Sequence record: NC_070998.1
Reading direction: 5' to 3' (one strand)
Length of the DNA stretch: 64,000 nt
Part shown: positions 1 to 10,458 of the stretch, in pieces
Position numbering within the stretch: position 1 is the stretch's first letter
How the letters are laid out: the number at the start of each line of letters is the position of its first letter
Translations under genes and position numbers: made by a program
Notes under the pieces: generated by a model
The model's input: the letters and a program-made list of their open reading frames with translations, nothing else
Database searches by the model: none
What the model was told of the DNA's origin: nothing

Positions 1-903
1 TTACGGCATGTAGTTTGGGTTAGAAATACCGCGTTTATCTTCAGCCATCATCTCGGTAAGACCGCCATCACGCAGTGCTTGCAGAGTAGCAGTAGGCTGT
101 TTGAAGCCAGCAGGAGCCGCACGACCACTTGGGTTGTACATCGGCATACGCTTCATTACACTACGCGCAATCTCTTTAGCAGCATAGGTGTCAAACTCGA
201 TCAGGCCAGTGAACTCAGTGTTGATTTCACGGACTTTACCTGCCGGAGAATCTACATCATAACTGAACTCATACTGAGGACCTTCCTTAGGCATTTGCGC
301 AAGGACAATCGCGGCATGACGTACATCTTGCCAGTTACGGGTAGGCTCGAAGTAAACAGAACTTGCAGAGATTTCATCAAGCAGAAGTTCACCACCATAA
401 TTCAAAGTGATAATCTTCGGATGATGGATAACTGGATCATTAAGCAGGTAACTGATCCAAGCATCAAACAGTTTGGAGAACGGTTCACCTTCAGGATCAA
501 GTGCATTATGACTGATAGTACCAAATTGACGGCTGGAACCAACTGGGAAGGAGAGTGTAGCGCCACCAGCCCAAGTGATATCATGGTAGTCAACAGAAGT
601 ACGAACGGTCAGACCTGACCAGTTACGGCTTCGAGTTTCCATGTAAGCGCGCAGCAAACCGTGGAGTTCTTTACCACCAGGCATTGCGGAGAATGCAGAT
701 GGGGTAGAGAGCATCACACAGTAAGGACGTTGCGATACATAAGGTTGTTCCTGGACATAACGGAAGTTGTTCGGAGCAAATCCGTACTGACCGCCGTTAG
801 CAGCATTGATCACCGGAGTATTACCGATATCAAACGCTCGCTGGAAATCGCTGTTGCCAGGAAGCAACATCTTATTATCCCGATGTGGGCTATTAGTAGA
901 CAT
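1..903 (-). CDS. Tail tube protein (phiKZ gp30-like)
   Basis: 300 aa directly downstream of the sheath gene; GGQYGFAP...QPYV N-terminus resembles phiKZ-type tube proteins. Confidence 0.8.
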   Translation of the reverse strand: MSTNSPHRDNKMLLPGNSDFQRAFDIGNTPVINAANGGQYGFAPNNFRYVQEQPYVSQRPYCVMLSTPSAFSAMPGGKELHGLLRAYMETRSRNWSGLTVRTSVDYHDITWAGGATLSFPVGSSRQFGTISHNALDPEGEPFSKLFDAWISYLLNDPVIHHPKIITLNYGGELLLDEISASSVYFEPTRNWQDVRHAAIVLAQMPKEGPQYEFSYDVDSPAGKVREINTEFTGLIEFDTYAAKEIARSVMKRMPMYNPSGRAAPAGFKQPTATLQALRDGGLTEMMAEDKRGISNPNYMP

Positions 904-913
904 TGACTATTCC

Positions 914-3112
914 TTATTGAGCGGTCAGACTTGTCTCGTTATAGGCTTCCAGTACGGAGTTCATCATATAAACACCTTTGGAGAACCACAGACGAGTAGT
1001 CGTGTACATGACAGATTTACCGTTAGGTTCATCTTCCCGGAAACCTGGTTCAACTTCCCAGTTAACGATGACAGAACCAAACTTCTCACGGATATCTTTC
1101 TCAGCTGTATCTTTAACAAAGGCAATATAACCTTGTTGACGATACTGAGTGTCACCAGAGATCTTGATCCAAGTGTCCTGAAGTACCTTCTCCACACAGA
1201 CACATTTCCAAACGTTGGAAAGGTCTTTCAGTACAGAGTCGGTGTTATCATAAACAGTCGGCAGAGCCGGTCGGCAATACTGAGAAGTATTCAAAGGAGT
1301 TACCGAGATAGCACCTTTGGTGAGGTTGTTAGCAGCCGGATCATCATCTTCAAACTGAACCAGTGGATCGTGAGCAACGCGCAGGGTGCGGTTACCTTCG
1401 TGATCAGGCATTCGATCACCGTAGATCTTGCCATCGTTACCACCACCTGCATAAGCAAATGCGTACATGGTATCGATGTTCAGAGAGAAGCGACCAAAAG
1501 TCGGTTCATCGATGATGCGACAATCCCACATGTTAATCGCTGCGCGACAAGCATGAGATTGGAAAGTCTCAGATTCCGGATACATGACAATCTTAGAGTT
1601 CAACGATTCCATAGTGGAATAGAGTTGCTCTTGAGATTTCTTCTTCAGATATTCAGTTGCACACAGTACAACAATGATATCTTTACGAACACCCAGGAAA
1701 TCGATCAGTGCATCTTTAACCGCTTCATTATAACCAACGTCCCACATAAAGGAAGTACGGTTACGAATGACGTCTTTGACATCCAAAGAACGACGGTAAG
1801 AAACAAAGTAAGCTTCCAGCAGAGATTGGTTCATGTACCAATATTGCTTATGACTTACAATAGCCGGAGAGCTGGTATTGGGAACCCAAACACCATCAAC
1901 TTCAGTAGTCCAGTCGGCGGGAGCGTCCGGGTACTTACCAGTTTTATCAGCATAGGGGTTAATACCACCGTTAGCTTGCAAGTAACTGTTCAGACCGACA
2001 CGAGTACCTTTGAGCTTGGAAGGAACATCTACCAGACCACCGAAGACGATGTGGTGATAATTCTTACCATAATGGTTAACCAAACTCAGCGGGTTCATGA
2101 TCGCTCCTTGGGGAAGGACATCGGTCTTGATCACCGGGGGAGTTTGTTTACCATCACCATATTCAGCTGCATACAGTTTAGTACAAACATCGTTCAGATA
2201 GTTGGTATAAACATGAGCAGATTCAAACGGTGCCGCTTTATCTTCCACTGGACGGTTTACTTGACGACCGGTGAAACGATCCAGACCACCTTGTACAGAA
2301 TAACGAACGTTATTAGCGCCAACGCTATTGAACAGGGTAATAACGGAATCGGGAGAACCGATAGTAGTAGTTGCTGGTACACGGATTCCACTAGAAAGTA
2401 GCTCACCGATGTTCATGGTGAACGGATATGCACCGTAGTTGATTACAAAACGCGCGATCTCATTCCAGTCGGTACCAAAAGAGTGACCAATGGCTGCATA
2501 CATTGCGTTGTAGCTATCGCCAATGCCTGAGAGTAACTCAAACAGCGGATAGAACGTCCCCGCGGTATCAGCAGGAACTGCTTTACCAGCAGGAGCGATA
2601 ACTTCGAAACTCTTAACCTCTCCTACAGCGGTAGCTTGATCGACAAACATGGTTGCCGGAGAAACAAAGATACCAGGAACAGTAGGAGTGTCTTCATCTA
2701 CCTTTGGATTACCTGCAATGTCAAGCACATAGTCATCACGGGAATCACGTTCGTAGTTAGGAACAGGAACACCTTCGAAGAGAACAACCCCGAGAATAGT
2801 ACGCGCTACTTCGACGTTATTAGTGAGACGCTTAAAGCTGAAAGAAGCTTGCGCTGCAGACCCAAGCTTTTGAATAGCGACCGCGATCGGGTTATAAAAC
2901 GGACCATACGGATCCATTACATCACCGAACTTCTCTTTGAAGTCAGCGACCGCGACTGTATCGCGTTTAGTCGGGCCCCGAGGGGTGACCATAGCGAAGT
3001 CAGGAAAGTGAGCAGGAGAGGCGAAAACGGGGATTGGATTAGTAAGATTTTCTTTGCTAACAATACCTTCGTTTACCACTTTTCCCGGAATCACTTTATT
3101 AAAAGTAGTCAT
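914..3112 (-). CDS. Contractile tail sheath protein (phiKZ gp29-like)
   Basis: 732 aa, highly expressed codon bias, sheath-tube pair divergent from the gp28/27/26-terminase block as in phiKZ. Confidence 0.82.
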   Translation of the reverse strand: MTTFNKVIPGKVVNEGIVSKENLTNPIPVFASPAHFPDFAMVTPRGPTKRDTVAVADFKEKFGDVMDPYGPFYNPIAVAIQKLGSAAQASFSFKRLTNNVEVARTILGVVLFEGVPVPNYERDSRDDYVLDIAGNPKVDEDTPTVPGIFVSPATMFVDQATAVGEVKSFEVIAPAGKAVPADTAGTFYPLFELLSGIGDSYNAMYAAIGHSFGTDWNEIARFVINYGAYPFTMNIGELLSSGIRVPATTTIGSPDSVITLFNSVGANNVRYSVQGGLDRFTGRQVNRPVEDKAAPFESAHVYTNYLNDVCTKLYAAEYGDGKQTPPVIKTDVLPQGAIMNPLSLVNHYGKNYHHIVFGGLVDVPSKLKGTRVGLNSYLQANGGINPYADKTGKYPDAPADWTTEVDGVWVPNTSSPAIVSHKQYWYMNQSLLEAYFVSYRRSLDVKDVIRNRTSFMWDVGYNEAVKDALIDFLGVRKDIIVVLCATEYLKKKSQEQLYSTMESLNSKIVMYPESETFQSHACRAAINMWDCRIIDEPTFGRFSLNIDTMYAFAYAGGGNDGKIYGDRMPDHEGNRTLRVAHDPLVQFEDDDPAANNLTKGAISVTPLNTSQYCRPALPTVYDNTDSVLKDLSNVWKCVCVEKVLQDTWIKISGDTQYRQQGYIAFVKDTAEKDIREKFGSVIVNWEVEPGFREDEPNGKSVMYTTTRLWFSKGVYMMNSVLEAYNETSLTAQ

Positions 3113-3226
3113 ACTCGACTCCGAAATTATGTTGGATTTTTTTGATCAAAAAAATCAATCGTATGACCTTACGGCCACTAGATGGTTTAACGTTAATACG
3201 CATAACATTATTTTGGGACTAGACCT

Positions 3227-4102
3227 ATGATTATAAATGGTTACGACACCACAGTCGGTAGTCGTTTTAAAGTAAAAGACAAAGCAACTGAAACCATTCG
3301 AATGCTCCAAAGTAGCGATAAATTGGAGTTGGTGGATCAACGTGGGGTTTACGCAATCTCTCACAAGAATGATTACAATCTTCCTCCTTTTATCTTCCCT
3401 ATTTCCACGCAAAACTACATGCGTGAAAAAGTAACTATTTTTGATCAACGTCCGTACATTAATAAGGAAGGTAGAAACGTTAATCTTCCCGAATATAATG
3501 TCATGTTGTTAGCTGCCTGTTTGCAACAAGATCTGCAAAACAATCAAACCACTTTGATCAAATCAGTTCGTCCATTTACTATCAAAGCATTCGCTAATGC
3601 AATGGGTCGTAAACTGGAACGCATGGTAATGCTGGACGTGAATCAATCTATGGTGGTTCGCGTCATCCTAGCTTATTATTATGTTTGTCTTCTGGAAAAT
3701 AGTCGAGATGACTTTGCATTCGTAGCCCAGAACAGCATTCATGGTGCGCTGCGTTTTCCTATTCCTTTTATCCAAGAGACAATCAAAGATTTGGGTTTTG
3801 TTAACACTCTTCCAGAACTACTGAAGGCACTGACCACTCATCCTGCTTTGCAATCTCTTTCTCGTTTGGATCTTCCAGGTCTGGTACAAGCTGGCACCAC
3901 CATCTTCTTTTCTACCTCTGGGTTTAAACAACTCATGGGTGCTGCACTAGAGATGCCTGCATTGTTCACTGCTCTGTGCTGGGGTGCTGCTACTCAACGT
4001 ATTTACCAAAACACTATGATTGGTGAAGAGTTGAACGTAAAGCAAGACAAACGTGTAGAGACCTTCATCAGTACTGTTGGATATTATTTTAAATCAGCCT
4101 AA
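3227..4102 (+). CDS. Conserved virion protein (phiKZ gp28-like)
   Basis: 291 aa, GGGA SD, syntenic position. Confidence 0.6.
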   Translation: MIINGYDTTVGSRFKVKDKATETIRMLQSSDKLELVDQRGVYAISHKNDYNLPPFIFPISTQNYMREKVTIFDQRPYINKEGRNVNLPEYNVMLLAACLQQDLQNNQTTLIKSVRPFTIKAFANAMGRKLERMVMLDVNQSMVVRVILAYYYVCLLENSRDDFAFVAQNSIHGALRFPIPFIQETIKDLGFVNTLPELLKALTTHPALQSLSRLDLPGLVQAGTTIFFSTSGFKQLMGAALEMPALFTALCWGAATQRIYQNTMIGEELNVKQDKRVETFISTVGYYFKSA

Positions 4103-4118
4103 TCAACTGGGGTAATCC

Positions 4119-6935
4119 ATGACAGCTTATGTTGCTTCGCACACCCAGGAGAATAATCCACTTGTCGATTATGCATTTAACACGATGTGGGGTAATCCAG
4201 AATTGGATTCTCAATATCAACTTAAGCTTGCTCGGGTTTCTCCAGCGCTTGGTTATGTGAATAACTTCTTCTATATGGGGAAGTCGTTTACACTACCAAG
4301 TGAAGGTGTGTTTTATCATGTCTTTTCAATGGGTGGTTTAGACCTCGACTACTGGAATATGGGTAGTCGAGGCAATCACTGGTATCCGTTTAATACTTGG
4401 GTGAAAGCTTCCACTATTTCTCATGATCGTGGTGTTGGGTTGGATGTTTATAATAGCAAAGGTAGAATCTTTCCAAGAACTCATACCTATATTTTAAACA
4501 CCTTCGAGGGGAACACTTTTGTAGCATTCCCTATTAATGGTAATTATCCAATTCCTGTTAGTAGTAACATGTATATTCGTTGTTACACGACAGATATTAA
4601 CACTGCGATTATTCCAAGTGATCAACAAGTTAAATGGCGATTTGGTTATTCTGGGGTAGAGTTTGTAACTGGTTCTGATTTAACCAATTTGAAGAATCAT
4701 TACAATGCTTATTTAGCTTATGGTATTGGGAAAGTCACTTTCTTTGTAAATGGTGTTATTACTGATATTAGTAAGTATGTTGGTCGTATTGGTGATCTGT
4801 TAGAAGTTTACTACGATCCAACTATCAAAATGGAAGTAAAGTACCAGTACGGTAGTTTGAATGACTATTACTCTGAGAAAGATAGTAAACGAAAACTATT
4901 AATTTTCCCAGGGTTTACTGACAAACCTCGTAAATACCAGTACTTTGATGATTGTGAGTTCTTCGTAGTTAATCGGTTAACTGGGCTAGGTCTGTATTAT
5001 CATCGTAATAGTCAAGATGCTATTCGTCAGTTAACTCATCAGGATTATGGATTAACTTCTGACTACGTAAGTTTCTTGATTAGTGAACTTATTGGGTTGA
5101 GTAAAGGTAAAGCAACTGAGAATGATTTCGATGTTGTAGTTCGTTACAGAGATACTAAGTGGCAATTTAATCTAGGTCCCAATACTAGTCGTATTAATGA
5201 TCTTTACTTACTGGAAGATCCAGCAGTAATTCTTCAGGCGATGATTGGACCTCATGCTACTGTAAAAGAGTGGACTCCAAGTGAATTGGAGAAAGCTCCT
5301 TGTAACTATGTGCTCAACTCTATTGCACCAAAGATCACCACTGAACGTGTAAGAGACGCTTTAGGTTACAATGGTTGTTCTACAGCTCTGTCTGATTCAC
5401 CTCTGTATATGCCGTTCATTACTCCTGGTGATCCAGCCTTTGAAGATATCTTCCCAACACCACCTTATACTTCTGGGTTAGGATATCGTATTCCTGCTAG
5501 TTATGTTGAATCATCTACGGCTTATGAGTATAACAAAGATGGATTATATATCCGTAAGAGTTCTATTCGTAATAGTGAATGGTTTAAACCAGGCCAGGAT
5601 ACTCACTACGTGGAGTTTGTAGTAGGTCAGGCCAGTACATGGTTAGACTATGAAATTAGCAGGGTAGATGTCCAAGCTAGACCTGGTTATGGATTCCGGG
5701 TATTTAAAGCAGGCTGGATTATTGATGATAATCCAGAGCCCACACCAGATACTAGTTTGTTTGCTAATGAAGTAGCAATTACTTCTGACGGTAATGACAT
5801 CTATCCTAGTCCCACAGAGTTAAGCATTGGTGGTGATTTAACATTAGCTAATCCAGTTGGACCTGTGACCACAGGTAGACCAGATGGCAAGTGGGTCGAC
5901 ATTACTGACAGTAATGAATACCAAGTTATCGATGGTGTTATTAAATGGAAGTTCGATACCAACAACCACGTTGGATTAGTTATCTTTGATACCATTCATT
6001 TGTATAACGAATTTGATCTAACACATGTTGATAATTCCGTTTACTTTGGTATTACGCACCAGTGGGAAATTGGTGGTGTTCTAGCTACTATGGAACCTGG
6101 TCAACTTGATGTCTGGTGTAATGGACATCCATTGATTGAGAACGTGGACTATAAGGTAGAATATCCTTATGTATACATAATCTCTAAAATGTGGTTAGAT
6201 CAATCTGGTACAAACAAGTTTGCTTATCGTGGACGAGGACTCAGTGCTGGTGGTTTGATCCCATCTAGTGAACTGGGTTTTGTAATGGATGGAGTGATTG
6301 GGCACAACGGTCGTTATAATCTTCGCATAGATCGTCCCACAAAGACTATTATTAACGGTAGACTTTGGATCACCTCTGCAATTGATCAAGCTGAAGATAT
6401 TCATCACGGAACTAATGTAGCTGTATTGAACGGATTCCCCTATGAGGTAAAACACATCTACTGTGATAATAAGTATGTTGAACAGTGTGATTTACATTGG
6501 GGATTTAAAGAATCCAGAGAGCTTGATAAGAAGGTTAGTGACTACTTGACAGAACACGTTAAGTACAAACCTAAAGCTCCTGTTAATTATCCGTATCTTC
6601 AGGAAGACCGTTATAGACTCTTTAGTCCATTCTTAAGTCAAATTGTAAATGAACTGATCTTAGGTTTCTTACCGACTCCTACGCCTAGCGATACGCCGAT
6701 TAAATATCCAGACAGTGTAATTGATAATTTAACTCGTCCTTATCAATGGTTGTTGAAGTTTGATCCGATTAAACTTAACATGGATTTGAGATTCTTCTCT
6801 GTTCATCCTTACAGTAATCTTACTCGTCCAACTGTTACTCCTAATCAATTAACAATTATCTCTCGAGTTAACGATTTGTATCTCGATGGTAAGTTGAAGA
6901 TTGAAGGTTTCTTTGAGGTATCGTCTAATGTTTGA
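4119..6935 (+). CDS. Large virion/baseplate protein (phiKZ gp27-like)
   Basis: 938 aa, GGGGT SD, syntenic position. Confidence 0.6.
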   Translation: MTAYVASHTQENNPLVDYAFNTMWGNPELDSQYQLKLARVSPALGYVNNFFYMGKSFTLPSEGVFYHVFSMGGLDLDYWNMGSRGNHWYPFNTWVKASTISHDRGVGLDVYNSKGRIFPRTHTYILNTFEGNTFVAFPINGNYPIPVSSNMYIRCYTTDINTAIIPSDQQVKWRFGYSGVEFVTGSDLTNLKNHYNAYLAYGIGKVTFFVNGVITDISKYVGRIGDLLEVYYDPTIKMEVKYQYGSLNDYYSEKDSKRKLLIFPGFTDKPRKYQYFDDCEFFVVNRLTGLGLYYHRNSQDAIRQLTHQDYGLTSDYVSFLISELIGLSKGKATENDFDVVVRYRDTKWQFNLGPNTSRINDLYLLEDPAVILQAMIGPHATVKEWTPSELEKAPCNYVLNSIAPKITTERVRDALGYNGCSTALSDSPLYMPFITPGDPAFEDIFPTPPYTSGLGYRIPASYVESSTAYEYNKDGLYIRKSSIRNSEWFKPGQDTHYVEFVVGQASTWLDYEISRVDVQARPGYGFRVFKAGWIIDDNPEPTPDTSLFANEVAITSDGNDIYPSPTELSIGGDLTLANPVGPVTTGRPDGKWVDITDSNEYQVIDGVIKWKFDTNNHVGLVIFDTIHLYNEFDLTHVDNSVYFGITHQWEIGGVLATMEPGQLDVWCNGHPLIENVDYKVEYPYVYIISKMWLDQSGTNKFAYRGRGLSAGGLIPSSELGFVMDGVIGHNGRYNLRIDRPTKTIINGRLWITSAIDQAEDIHHGTNVAVLNGFPYEVKHIYCDNKYVEQCDLHWGFKESRELDKKVSDYLTEHVKYKPKAPVNYPYLQEDRYRLFSPFLSQIVNELILGFLPTPTPSDTPIKYPDSVIDNLTRPYQWLLKFDPIKLNMDLRFFSVHPYSNLTRPTVTPNQLTIISRVNDLYLDGKLKIEGFFEVSSNV

Positions 6936-8667
6936 TGGACAACCAACGATTCCAGATACAAATGGAGTGTTCCCAGGGAACACTCCTAGTCGTCCTAATG
7001 GAGACGAACTAAAACGTGTTTGGTATATTGAACAGATTTATGATCCTGATGTTCACCCTGTTGAGGATATGACTAAGTACGTTGTTCCTTACGAAGGTGA
7101 GATCGTAATTGATCGTCCTGCTCACAAGTTTTACGAAGTTTCTCATGTAGATCGTTACGGAACTTGGAAAAGTACCTTTGTACCTTGGTATCCAATTCCA
7201 GAAACTAGCGAGAATGATTACTCTTTGTTCCCTAAGCACGAATACGGATTCCTACAGGGTGAATTAGCACTCTGTATCGATTACAGTGTTCGTCCTCCGG
7301 TTGCTAGGGTAGATGCTAACGCCACTGCTCCTGATGCTGCTTATGCGTTGCTGTACGAAGGTTCGGTGATTGGCGAAGCTGGCAAGATTATCTCTGCCAG
7401 ATATTCGGGTTCTGATCTGGTCGATAACCATATCTCTGTTTCTCCTGTTGTTATTGACAACTTGGAGAATAAGACCATCATGGGTGCTGATAGTTTCTCA
7501 GTTCAACTGAATGAAGCCGCGATGCCTAATGGTAAACGCTGTACTTTGGTTTATTACGATGTAGCAGGTAGACCCATTCCACCTACCTATTCAGTAGCAG
7601 TACAACACAGCGCATATCTGAAAGATCATCAACTGGGTCAACGTTACGTTAAATCCATTGAGTTGGTTTCCCCTTGGTTTACTAACTCTACACTTCCTAG
7701 TACCTTGTTTATTCCTATTAACTTGGCATTAAAAGCTGTAGAGTTTAGAGCGAAAGTTCATTATTCTGATGGTAGTTACGAAGAACATCCAGTAAACAGT
7801 TTTAATGGTGAATCTGGATTTACTTTGTCAGGGTTGGAACAATATAAACCAACTACCCCAGGTCAATCCACTAATGCGCTGGTATTGTCTTATGCTTACA
7901 AAAATAATGAGCAAGCTTATATCGCGCAGCCGGGTTCTCCCAAGCATACGTCAAACCGTTATACGATTGTTGCAACGACTGCTCAGGGCAGTTATAGTCC
8001 TCGTATTTACAGTTACCCTTATTGGGATCCTGCTGCTGGGTGGAAGCTTCGTCATTGGCTTACTGATCTGGATCGGCGGTATTGTCGAGATGTTACACAA
8101 CTGGTCACTCTGAATGAAGCAAGCCCCGCATTTGACGGTCGTAAATACGGTGAAGAACAAAACCTTATTTTCAACCTGAATATGCGGGATGTTTCTGCCA
8201 GTTATGAACCTTGGTCATTTGTCCAACATACTACTATCACATTGTACTCTGATGGAACAGTAGAGGGTCGTAAGTGGGATGTTCGACACTCATACGGGAA
8301 ACCTGCTTTCAATGCCTTGTCTGTTGAGTACATTGAACAAGTAGGTGGGAGCCAAATTGCTAAATTTGCTGGGATGGCTTCTTTGGAAGATTTCCTTAAC
8401 AAAGCGTATTATGGGTTTGACCCTATCTATGATCCGAGAACTGAAAGTAAAGCTTTAGTTCCCACTCATTTTGATTTGGTGAAGAACAATAATACCGCTA
8501 GAACCGGTATACCAATTGGGGAGTTTAACAACATTCCTGTAGGTGACTTGTCATTTAGTAATGGTGAAGGTGTCTATCTTCGTTGGACTCGTCGTGAAGC
8601 TTCAGGTAACGAACTACAGTTAGGTGTATCCGCTGGTGTCTGTAAGAAAGTAGTTGTTTACTCTTAA
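6928..8667 (+). CDS. Virion/baseplate protein (phiKZ gp26-like)
   Basis: In-frame ATG at 6928 after GAGGT SD, 8-nt overlap with upstream gene (track start at 6901 is less likely); synteny. Confidence 0.6.
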   Translation: MFDGQPTIPDTNGVFPGNTPSRPNGDELKRVWYIEQIYDPDVHPVEDMTKYVVPYEGEIVIDRPAHKFYEVSHVDRYGTWKSTFVPWYPIPETSENDYSLFPKHEYGFLQGELALCIDYSVRPPVARVDANATAPDAAYALLYEGSVIGEAGKIISARYSGSDLVDNHISVSPVVIDNLENKTIMGADSFSVQLNEAAMPNGKRCTLVYYDVAGRPIPPTYSVAVQHSAYLKDHQLGQRYVKSIELVSPWFTNSTLPSTLFIPINLALKAVEFRAKVHYSDGSYEEHPVNSFNGESGFTLSGLEQYKPTTPGQSTNALVLSYAYKNNEQAYIAQPGSPKHTSNRYTIVATTAQGSYSPRIYSYPYWDPAAGWKLRHWLTDLDRRYCRDVTQLVTLNEASPAFDGRKYGEEQNLIFNLNMRDVSASYEPWSFVQHTTITLYSDGTVEGRKWDVRHSYGKPAFNALSVEYIEQVGGSQIAKFAGMASLEDFLNKAYYGFDPIYDPRTESKALVPTHFDLVKNNNTARTGIPIGEFNNIPVGDLSFSNGEGVYLRWTRREASGNELQLGVSAGVCKKVVVYS

Positions 8668-8677
8668 TTCATAATAA

Positions 8678-8709
8678 GCTAACTCTAGACCTCGAGGTCT
8701 AGAGTTAGC
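8678..8709. terminator. Perfect 32-bp palindrome, probable terminator
   Basis: GCTAACTCTAGACCTCGAGGTCTAGAGTTAGC just after the stop codon. Confidence 0.65.
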
Positions 8710-8739
8710 AATATGTTTGTTACTTTTAAGATCCACATA

Positions 8740-8757
8740 TTTTCAAACCTATATTAC
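8740..8757 (+). promoter_or_regulatory. Early phage RNAP promoter
   Basis: TTTTCAAACCTATATTAC; TATATTAC is the phiKZ early motif and recurs at many operon starts here. Confidence 0.8.
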
Positions 8758-8818
8758 TATAGTGTATAGATAAGAAAGTTATTTTAACTTCTTTCACCTT
8801 TAAGTATAGATAAGGAAT

Positions 8819-9778
8819 ATGATTATGTCTAAGCAAATCAAAATTGAAGTACCGGCCAATGTTTCTGGTATGGATGTTTGGAAAGCATTTCAAGCTAAAG
8901 GTAAACCAGTTCTTGAAATCAGTGAAGATGAGTGGGTCGGTGCAAGTGGCGCTACGGAGTACTTTGACCACTGGGATACTCTTTCCACTCAAGGTCATAA
9001 AGTGGCACTGGGGATTGATCATCATGGTCGGCACGTCATTATGATCAGGAATGAAGGATTTATCTTCCAGCGTTATTCTGACAGCAGCCAAACCTGGGTT
9101 CTGAATGGTGCTAATGAATTCCGCAATAAAGTCAGTCACGCTGAAGTGGGACTTGACGGCTGGAAATATATCTGCGAACGGTTCAAAGTTCAACCTGTTG
9201 TTGAATCTGAACCCGCCATTGTAGATCAAGGTGAGGAGAAAGAAATGGCTCCTAAAGATAAAGTGATCAATATCACTGTTACCAATGAACAAGCACAATC
9301 CGAACCCACCCAAATTAAGGAAGAAACCAAAATGAACACCACCACTCAAACTACTTCTGCACTGAACCTGAACTCCGACATGAACAACGCAGCGCCTGCT
9401 GTATCCACCAACACTGACAACCTAGGTATCGACACTACCACAGGAATCCTGGTAGCTGCTGGTGCTGCACTGGGCACCTGTCTGGGTATTCAATACACTG
9501 AAAACCGCTTCGATCTGACCTCCAATGTAATCACCGGCGCTGCTGTTACTCTGGCTGCAGCAGCATCCTTCGGTGCAGCTAAAGCTGGTCTGAATGAGAA
9601 ACTCGGTACCTACACCGGCATAGCTTCTCATGCGGCTCTGGGTGCTCTGGTGGGTGGTGTAACAGCCCAAGGTATGAAGTTTGGCGCCGACAAGTACCTC
9701 CCAACTCTGGAGCTTCAAGATGACACTACTGAACAAGCTCTGATCGAAGTGACGGAACTTCCTGTACTGGAAGCTTAA
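8819..9778 (+). CDS. Early membrane protein of unknown function
   Basis: 319 aa, several Gly/Ala-rich hydrophobic C-terminal segments, own promoter and terminator. Confidence 0.75.
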   Translation: MIMSKQIKIEVPANVSGMDVWKAFQAKGKPVLEISEDEWVGASGATEYFDHWDTLSTQGHKVALGIDHHGRHVIMIRNEGFIFQRYSDSSQTWVLNGANEFRNKVSHAEVGLDGWKYICERFKVQPVVESEPAIVDQGEEKEMAPKDKVINITVTNEQAQSEPTQIKEETKMNTTTQTTSALNLNSDMNNAAPAVSTNTDNLGIDTTTGILVAAGAALGTCLGIQYTENRFDLTSNVITGAAVTLAAAASFGAAKAGLNEKLGTYTGIASHAALGALVGGVTAQGMKFGADKYLPTLELQDDTTEQALIEVTELPVLEA

Positions 9779-9785
9779 TTAAATC

Positions 9786-9811
9786 GGACCTATAGTTTTC
9801 ACCATAGGTCC
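9786..9811. terminator. Hairpin terminator
   Basis: GGACCTAT...ATAGGTCC followed by an AT/T tract. Confidence 0.6.
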
Positions 9812-9845
9812 ATTAATTTATATTTTTTAATTCTAGAGGTGTAAA

Positions 9846-10322
9846 ATGACTAAACGTTTCCATACCGTTCTTATCACTTCAGCCAATACCGCAACTATTA
9901 CTGATATCAGAACAAACGGTAAATTAAACATCACCTTTACCGGTAAAGTATTAAAAACCTGTGATGACTTTTTAGATTTCATCAATGAACTTCAAGAATG
10001 TCTTTGGGAAAAGAAAACATTGATCCTTGAGCTTTTTGGTGAATCACATATCTATTTCGACTGGATGATTGTGTTGGATGGGTCTGTGAGTTTGCGCGAT
10101 TGCGAACTTCACAATACCGATCTGGAAAACGTAAAACTCTCTAATGTAAACGTCAGGCTATGGAAAAACGCTATCATTAAATACAGTGAAATGGAGAACC
10201 AGGTTCTTCAGCATGAAGGTGGTGACCTGATGGTTAGATTCTGTTCTAGTGAGAGTACTAAACTTTCTTCTCTATTCTCAGATGACACTTTGATCATGTT
10301 TGACCAAGTACATACACGTTAA
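9846..10322 (+). CDS. Hypothetical protein, paralog of 33227..33691
   Basis: 158 aa, GAGGT SD, shares LILELFG motif and size with 33227..33691. Confidence 0.7.
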   Translation: MTKRFHTVLITSANTATITDIRTNGKLNITFTGKVLKTCDDFLDFINELQECLWEKKTLILELFGESHIYFDWMIVLDGSVSLRDCELHNTDLENVKLSNVNVRLWKNAIIKYSEMENQVLQHEGGDLMVRFCSSESTKLSSLFSDDTLIMFDQVHTR

Positions 10323-10329
10323 CCTAGTT

Positions 10330-10359
10330 AACCTCTACTCCCAATTGGGAGTAGAGGTT
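10330..10359. terminator. Hairpin terminator (CTAC/GTAG family)
   Basis: AACCTCTACTCCC-AATT-GGGAGTAGAGGTT plus T tract. Confidence 0.8.
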
Positions 10360-10458
10360 TTTTAATACTTTATTTATTTTTCTTTAAAACTTTATTACAG
10401 ATGCTATGGAAACCAAGACAGTCTGGTGAAGTATTATATTCTAAACTAGGATTTACCA

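Noticed and set aside
806-2401. 531-aa plus-strand ORF (also 79..618)
   Set aside because: Antisense shadow of the codon-biased sheath and tube genes; no SD or motifs
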